Positions 58,575-64,000 of a stretch of 64,000 nucleotides of DNA are shown in pieces (positions within the stretch are counted from its first letter, which is position 1; each line of letters starts with the position of its first letter). A program made the translations under genes and the position numbers. This stretch comes from Kiritimatiellia bacterium (GTDB lineage Bacteria > Verrucomicrobiota > Kiritimatiellia > RFP12 > UBA1067): the NCBI GenBank assembly GCA_050949565.1, contig JBMNFY010000006.1, positions 64,001-128,000 of the forward strand, read 5' to 3'. The notes below the pieces were generated by a model. The model searched no databases. It was not told the DNA's origin and saw only the letters and a list, made by a program, of their open reading frames with translations.

Positions 58575-59391
58575 CAAGAGCCGCCGCGATCAGTAGCGAA
58601 CCGGCCAACAGGCCGGGGACGCCGGCCGATTCCTTGAAGAGGCAGAGCGAGACCGCGACGCCCAGCGGAATCTTGAGGTTGTTCATGACAGCCAGCACAC
58701 CACCCGGCACACGGCGCGCGCCGCGATTCCAGAAGAGATAACTCACGCCCGAAACCACTACGCCCAGATAGAGCAACACGGCGGCCTGGGACACCGTGGG
58801 CACGGGCGCGACCGTCAGGGCGTCGCGCAGGCCAAATGGCGCCAGAGCGGCAAAGCCCCCCAGATAGAGCCAGAAGCTGACGCGGTGATCCGGCGGCGGT
58901 TGCGGCATGCGGGCCATTACCTCGCGGTAGGCAATCTGCCCCAGGGCGAAGCAGAGATTGGAGGCTTCGACCAGCAGAAAGCCGATCAGCGGCGCTTCGG
59001 AGGAAACGCCGCGCCAGAGGATCACGCCCGCCCCGACCACGGCCAGCAGCGCAGCCGCCAAGTTGGTGAGGCAGAAGCGGCGAGCGACGATGTCGCTGGT
59101 CACCGCCACATAGACCGGTGTCATCACGGTGAAGAGCGCCACCTCGTGCGATTTCAAATAACGGAAGCTCGCCATGTACGTCAATGACATGAGACCGAAT
59201 TGCAACGCGCCGACGGCCACAAGCGCCAAGCCGTTACGCAGCGACACGCGTGCGGCAAACGGCAGAAACAGCAATGCAGCAATCGCCAGACGGATCGCCG
59301 CCAGCCAAGCCGGTGGCAGCCCTGCCAGCAGGTTGCCGATGAGGCCGAACGAAAAGCTCCAGATTAAGGAGGCTGCGACGAGTAAGAACAT
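58507..59391 (-). CDS. EamA/DMT family transporter
   Basis: About 10 hydrophobic segments; IWSFSFGLIG, GALQFG, WNRGA, NNLKIP. Confidence 0.88.
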   Translation of the reverse strand: MFLLVAASLIWSFSFGLIGNLLAGLPPAWLAAIRLAIAALLFLPFAARVSLRNGLALVAVGALQFGLMSLTYMASFRYLKSHEVALFTVMTPVYVAVTSDIVARRFCLTNLAAALLAVVGAGVILWRGVSSEAPLIGFLLVEASNLCFALGQIAYREVMARMPQPPPDHRVSFWLYLGGFAALAPFGLRDALTVAPVPTVSQAAVLLYLGVVVSGVSYLFWNRGARRVPGGVLAVMNNLKIPLGVAVSLCLFKESAGVPGLLAGSLLIAAALVTALRPRWAARRTRRDTPAPRD

Positions 59392-59493
59392 GGGGATCGC
59401 AACATCTCGGGTTTTTGAATCCACAGATTACACAGATTTTTTTGGGGCAGCGCACTTCCAGACAAACTAATGCACTAATGCACTAATTAACTT

Positions 59494-59518
59494 GGGTCGC
59501 GGGCTTTGCTCGCGTTAG
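59494..59518 (-). repeat. 25-bp repeat, left copy (inverted partner at 63041-63065)
   Basis: Minus strand CTAACGCGAGCAAAGCCCGCGACCC, 22/25 identical to the right copy. Confidence 0.85.
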
Positions 59519-61251
59519 AACTGATACTGAAACGCCGCTTGCACGGAGAGCCAGTCGCGGTCTTTATAGAGCTGGTCGAAATCCGTGTTCCGCCGCGGGC
59601 GTCGGTCGTACCGGCTGAAACAAGGGCCGATATCGAGTTTGATGGCGGAGCGGATGCCCTGCCGACGCACGCCCAGTCCGGTCTGATAGGTTTTGAGCGG
59701 CGGCGCGGCGGCGTCATTGGCAACGCCGATGTCGACTTCACTCGTGTCTTCATAGTAGCGCCCAAACACGCCGGCGAACCAGATACCGCGCCAGTCCCGT
59801 TCAATCGCCGCGCTGATCGATTTGGCGGAAAACTTCGGCCTTTCCCTCGCGTAACTGACAGTCATCCGCGCGACCCAATCTTCCGCAAGCGCGTAATTGG
59901 CTGAGCCTTGCAGGGTTGTGCGTGTCTCCCGATCTGTAGTCTCATCAACCCGGCCTTCCAGCAACGTGCGGAGACGGCGCGTCAGCACGTTTTCAAACGA
60001 CAGACGGGCGCCGACCGTCTCATAGTCGTCGCGCAGTCTGACAAGCGGTGGTCCCCCTTGATATCCCGGCGAAACTTTGTCGTACTGATAGGAGACGCCC
60101 GCATCCATGAATCCGGCGTCGGGCAGGTATTCCCAGCGCAGGCTTGGCGACACGTTGCAGCCCCACGGATCGGCATCCCGGTATCCCAGGCGGTCCCTGA
60201 ATTTGAGGCGGTTGTATTCATCCATCCACAATGCGCGATAGGTTGAAAAGCCGTCGTAGGCGCCCCCGTCCAACTTCAGCGTGAGGGCGTCGTTCAGATC
60301 GGCGCCGACGCTTCCCTGAACGGCATAGTAATCTTCAGTCAATCGTTTGCGCCGTGTGCCGTCAATGTGCGTGGTTCTGAAATCCATCCAGGTCGGCCGA
60401 TACGAGACCGCCAGACTGAACTCAGAGGCCGGACGCTCCTGCCGGTACTCCGCCATGAAATCCGCGACGCGAATATCCGAGGCGAGCATTGCCGCCACAT
60501 CCAGCGTGGTCTCGTGAGTGACAAGGTCTGTCGTTTCCAACGGCGGCAGGGCACCACCGGGCTCCTGCGCGGTCTCGGCCGGAGCGCCGGTTGGGGCGCG
60601 CGGCGGTTCAGGTTTTCCGGTGATCGCATCGATCGCGCCGCGCAATTTTCGCAAGCCTTCGTACTTTTCCTGACGCAGCACGACCCGGGGCGTTGCAGCG
60701 CTGGGGCCTTTGGCAGTGGCATCAACGAGCACCAGATAGGGCAGGCTGGTACCGCCATACGCCTCCAGCAGGGTGCCTTCAGGATCATCCAGTACCATGC
60801 CCAGTTCGGTTTTTCGCAGGAACGCCTCCATGTCTGACTCGTCGGAGATCTCGCTGTTTATCGCGATGACCTGCACAGCAATACCGTGCGGATTGCCCGC
60901 GCGGGCCGCATAGTATTCCTGAATACCGGTTTCAAGCTCCCACGAAACGCGGACACAATCCCCGCAGTTGGCATTGAAAAAATCGAGCACAACAATTTGC
61001 CCGCGAAAGTCATTGAGGCTGACCTCTTCTCCCGTCTCCAACTGCGGGCGGGTGAAAGGCGGGGCAATTTCCTGTGCGCACAGCATGTCCGTTTTTAGCA
61101 ACGCCAACACCGATGCCACGAGCGTTATCGCAAGAGACTTTTGCAAAACCCTCTGCGCGCAGACGTGGCACGTGCATCCTGCCCGTGTTCCATGGGCGGG
61201 ACGCCCATGCCACGAAGGAGTTCGCAAGAGCCGCGCAAAAAAACGTTTCAT
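59515..61251 (-). CDS. TlpA-like thioredoxin domain fused to an outer-membrane beta-barrel (DUF3570-like position)
   Basis: APPF...VSLNDFRGQIVVLDFFNANCGDC (CxxC); Pro-rich linker; amphipathic beta-strands ending in FQYQF. Confidence 0.7.
   Translation of the reverse strand: MKRFFARLLRTPSWHGRPAHGTRAGCTCHVCAQRVLQKSLAITLVASVLALLKTDMLCAQEIAPPFTRPQLETGEEVSLNDFRGQIVVLDFFNANCGDCVRVSWELETGIQEYYAARAGNPHGIAVQVIAINSEISDESDMEAFLRKTELGMVLDDPEGTLLEAYGGTSLPYLVLVDATAKGPSAATPRVVLRQEKYEGLRKLRGAIDAITGKPEPPRAPTGAPAETAQEPGGALPPLETTDLVTHETTLDVAAMLASDIRVADFMAEYRQERPASEFSLAVSYRPTWMDFRTTHIDGTRRKRLTEDYYAVQGSVGADLNDALTLKLDGGAYDGFSTYRALWMDEYNRLKFRDRLGYRDADPWGCNVSPSLRWEYLPDAGFMDAGVSYQYDKVSPGYQGGPPLVRLRDDYETVGARLSFENVLTRRLRTLLEGRVDETTDRETRTTLQGSANYALAEDWVARMTVSYARERPKFSAKSISAAIERDWRGIWFAGVFGRYYEDTSEVDIGVANDAAAPPLKTYQTGLGVRRQGIRSAIKLDIGPCFSRYDRRPRRNTDFDQLYKDRDWLSVQAAFQYQF
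61134..61234 (-). mobile_element. ~100-bp MITE/REPIN-like element, copy 2, inside a CDS
   Basis: Homologous to 32961-33060; GCAA directly repeated on both flanks. Confidence 0.75.
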
Positions 61252-61281
61252 CACAAACCATCGCATGTCGGACTCCCCAAT

Positions 61282-61563
61282 TTACAGACTGCACGCAGAA
61301 CACGCGCCGCCGCTTGATTGACCGCCCACCGATGAGGCCGAGCTGGATTCAAACTGTGTGAGCAACCGGTTCAGCGGGTTAAACATCGGTGCTTTCTGGA
61401 ATTGCATGTTGGGTTTAGAGACCAGCCGCTGCTGCTCAGCGGGCACATGCGCACATCCCGCCAGCATCAGGGTGACACCCATCAGCACTGCCACCGAACA
61501 GCAGATACGCCGGCGCGGGTCTTTGCCTCGTATTTCGGTTTTGTGCGTGTAATAATCAGCCAT
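61282..61563 (-). CDS. DUF4266-like small lipoprotein
   Basis: Lipobox LAGC; CAHV....LVSKPNMQF; Gly/Ser-rich tail ending GGACSAC. Confidence 0.75.
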   Translation of the reverse strand: MADYYTHKTEIRGKDPRRRICCSVAVLMGVTLMLAGCAHVPAEQQRLVSKPNMQFQKAPMFNPLNRLLTQFESSSASSVGGQSSGGACSACSL

Positions 61564-61826
61564 CGACAATTCTCCATGACACTTTCAACTGCGTCCAAAA
61601 CAAAAAAACAATCATTTCATATTCTGTGTCATTCGTCCATGAGTTTGTTTGGGACCGCGCGATCGCGGTTGGTGAAATCCTTGTTTAAAAACGACACTTG
61701 TTCAAAGGGTCTGAACGTGGCAATATGGTGAACATGAATAGCTTGAACGTCCGGACGGAGCTTGTCGAGGCGATCCGGCTTGATCTCGTCGGATCCGTGA
61801 ATTTTTCATATCACCCAGGGTAACCC

Positions 61827-63044
61827 ATGACCATCTCCCACAAAAACATCCTCATCGCATGCATTTTTCTGGCTGTGTCGTGCTTGGTACCGGATGCGAG
61901 GGCGGCGACGCCTGAGGTCATGGTTTACGACAGCGCCCCTCCGGTAGCCTCGCGCCTGTCTCCGGCCAGTTCCAACATATTCGTTCTGCCGGGGGCATCA
62001 CAGACCTTCACGGTGCGCGGAACGGATGTCAACGGCGACCTGCGCGGTGTGGAGTGGTATGTGAATGGCACACAAAAGGTCAGCCGCTTGACGCTATCAG
62101 GCGGCGAGGCGAATGATGTCTGGAGTTATACGTTTCCGGAGGCGGGCACATACACGGTCGAGGCCCGTGTTTTCGATTCACTCGGTGCCTATTCCAGTCC
62201 GTCTGCCCAGTGGAGCGTGACCATTCAGCCGCGCTCGCGCGGCATGTATGTGGATAGGGTTAATCAGATTCTCAGTAACCCGGACTTGACGGTGGCTCTA
62301 CTGGAGTATGCCAAGCGCAATGCCATCACGTACCTGGTGCTCTATGTGGGAGGCTACCCGCTGGGAGCGAGTATGGATGCTTTCGTGCAACTTGCAAAAT
62401 CCACCTGCGGTGTAAAAGAGATTGGCTTTATTGGCGGCCGTACGGCGGACTTCGATGCCTTCCAAAGTTACAACAGTTCGTACGTAGGAAAGGCCGACGT
62501 CTTTAACCTTGAGTATGAGTTCTGGAATCACACACCGCGCGATTTTGATCAATTCAAGACGCTGCTTCAACATATGCGGATAGCAAGCGCCCCCTCTTCC
62601 GCGAAGGTGGAGACCTATATCGGGTGGCCTACAGACGCTGAGATTGTGGAGCTGGCCGGACTCGTTGACCGGCTTTTGCTGCATTGTTATGTCCGCACCC
62701 CCTCAAACGCCTATAATTATGCCAAGTCCCGGCTGTATGCGCTCAGCGGGGGGCCATTGAACCTGACGATCTGGCCTATCTTTTCGGCGGAGTCTTCGAG
62801 CTATTATGCGGATCAGCCATTCATGGGCGATTGGCTGGTGTCGCATAGTTTCAACGAGGCCGAAGCGATCTTCATGGACGCCTACAATGACGACACGGAT
62901 GCCCGCAAGTGTGAGGGTGGCGTATCTGGCTTTCAGTATTACTCGTACGACTACATCCGCAAAATCATCAAGGACAAGCGAGGGGTTTCGCTTTCGATTA
63001 CGACGGACCGATCTTGCGCACTTTCGACGGCCTCAAGATACTGA
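61827..63044 (+). CDS. Secreted protein: Ig/PKD-like domain + putative glycoside hydrolase-like barrel
   Basis: Signal peptide; YTFPEAGTYTVEARVFDSLG; RGMYVD...NAITYLVLY...FNLEYEFWN. Confidence 0.6.
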   Translation: MTISHKNILIACIFLAVSCLVPDARAATPEVMVYDSAPPVASRLSPASSNIFVLPGASQTFTVRGTDVNGDLRGVEWYVNGTQKVSRLTLSGGEANDVWSYTFPEAGTYTVEARVFDSLGAYSSPSAQWSVTIQPRSRGMYVDRVNQILSNPDLTVALLEYAKRNAITYLVLYVGGYPLGASMDAFVQLAKSTCGVKEIGFIGGRTADFDAFQSYNSSYVGKADVFNLEYEFWNHTPRDFDQFKTLLQHMRIASAPSSAKVETYIGWPTDAEIVELAGLVDRLLLHCYVRTPSNAYNYAKSRLYALSGGPLNLTIWPIFSAESSSYYADQPFMGDWLVSHSFNEAEAIFMDAYNDDTDARKCEGGVSGFQYYSYDYIRKIIKDKRGVSLSITTDRSCALSTASRY

Positions 63045-63065
63045 CGCGGGCAAAGCCCGCAACCC
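63041..63065 (+). repeat. 25-bp repeat, right copy
   Basis: CTGACGCGGGCAAAGCCCGCAACCC with internal hairpin GCGGGC-AAA-GCCCGC. Confidence 0.85.
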
Positions 63066-63300
63066 GATTCGATTTCACACAAAGGTCACAAAGGCCACAA
63101 AGTTTTCCATTGTTGCGCGCCACTCAGATGCCACCCTCCAACCTTCGCGTCTTTGCGCCTTCGCGTGAAACAACCGGGCAGCGCTTTTACTCTCACGATC
63201 GCGAGCCGCTGCATGGTCGCAATATCGGGAAGCATGCTTGCGGGTATACGCTAAAAAAGATATAGTCTTTCCATTCATTTTTTGAGCAAGGCAAACTATT

Positions 63301-64000
63301 GTGATTGAATTTGATGTTGTAAAAGAACGTCTGGGGACGATGCACGAGGGGCTCGCGGAGATGCGCGGCTATCTGGACGTCGACAACCGTCGTACCATTC
63401 TTGGTGAACTCGAAGCGCGTGCGGCACAGCCTGATTTTTGGGATGACCAGAACGCCGCCAAGGAGGTTATCGGCAAGACGAATGCCCAACGCGCGTTTGT
63501 GAAGCCTTTTGATGAACTGACGCGCCTCATTGAGGATGGCGAGGTGATGCTCGAACTGGCGGAGGCGGAAGACGAGGGCGAGCAGCGGCAACAGGCCTTG
63601 GCTGACTTGGAGCAGACGCTTGACCGGGCCGACGTGATGATGGCGAAGTTGCGGATGCAGTCGCTGCTCGGCGGCAAGCTGGATGCCTGCAACGCCTATC
63701 TCACGCTCCATTCCGGCGCGGGCGGAACGGAGTCCTGCGACTGGGCCGATATGCTCTTCCGGATGTACCGGATGTACTGTGAGGACAATGGCTTCGAGGT
63801 CGAGGTGCTCGATTTTCAGCCGGGAGACGAGGCGGGGATCAAGTCGGTTACGTTCTTGGTCTCCGGGTCGTATGCCTATGGGTATCTGAAAGCGGAGCGC
63901 GGCGTACACCGTCTGGTGCGCATCAGCCCGTTCGACGCCAACAAACGGCGTCACACCTCTTTCGTGTCGCTGGATGTGGTCGCCGAACTGTCGGACGAGA
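63301..64000 (+). CDS. prfB: Peptide chain release factor 2, 3'-truncated by window edge, no programmed frameshift
   Basis: Manual translation MIEFDVVKERLGTMHEGLAEMRGYLDV...PDFWDD...GAGGTESCDWA...GVHRLVRISPFDANKRRHTSF; SPF is the RF2 anticodon motif. Confidence 0.95.
   Translation, partial: MIEFDVVKERLGTMHEGLAEMRGYLDVDNRRTILGELEARAAQPDFWDDQNAAKEVIGKTNAQRAFVKPFDELTRLIEDGEVMLELAEAEDEGEQRQQALADLEQTLDRADVMMAKLRMQSLLGGKLDACNAYLTLHSGAGGTESCDWADMLFRMYRMYCEDNGFEVEVLDFQPGDEAGIKSVTFLVSGSYAYGYLKAERGVHRLVRISPFDANKRRHTSFVSLDVVAELSDE

Noticed and set aside
63193-63954. 253-aa minus-strand ORF at the window end
   Set aside because: Antisense shadow of prfB, which is missing from the ORF track only because it has no stop codon in the window

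Overview
GC-rich bacterial chromosomal window, probably from a PVC-superphylum organism (Kiritimatiellota/Lentisphaerota-like, inferred from Minf_1886, DUF4838, many CAZymes and a Tat-exported Gfo/Idh/MocA protein). It opens with an AT-richer restriction-modification cassette (DNA MTase plus a Type IIG-like enzyme) next to an isolated iorB. It then carries glycan enzymes (GH78, DUF4838, GtaA-EEP fusion, GH2, SGNH), a Fic protein, a membrane Ser/Thr kinase, housekeeping genes (pyrK, pyrD, add, nnr, pssA, psd, argG, rimO, gmhA-like, EF-G2, prfB), tRNA-Ile2(CAT) and tRNA-Val(CAC), a small AT-rich three-gene islet, an AraC-linked amino-sugar operon and a DUF4266/thioredoxin-barrel locus. No CRISPR array, transposase or integrase is visible. 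The most unusual signal is non-coding: many intergenic spacers hold members of several small repeat families. These include a ~100-bp MITE-like element inserted in frame in a signal peptide, a TIR-bounded element present in empty and cargo-filled forms, 25-bp inverted repeats bracketing a 3.6-kb three-gene segment, an inverted decamer array and triad repeats. All protein calls are from motif recognition by eye, not database searches.
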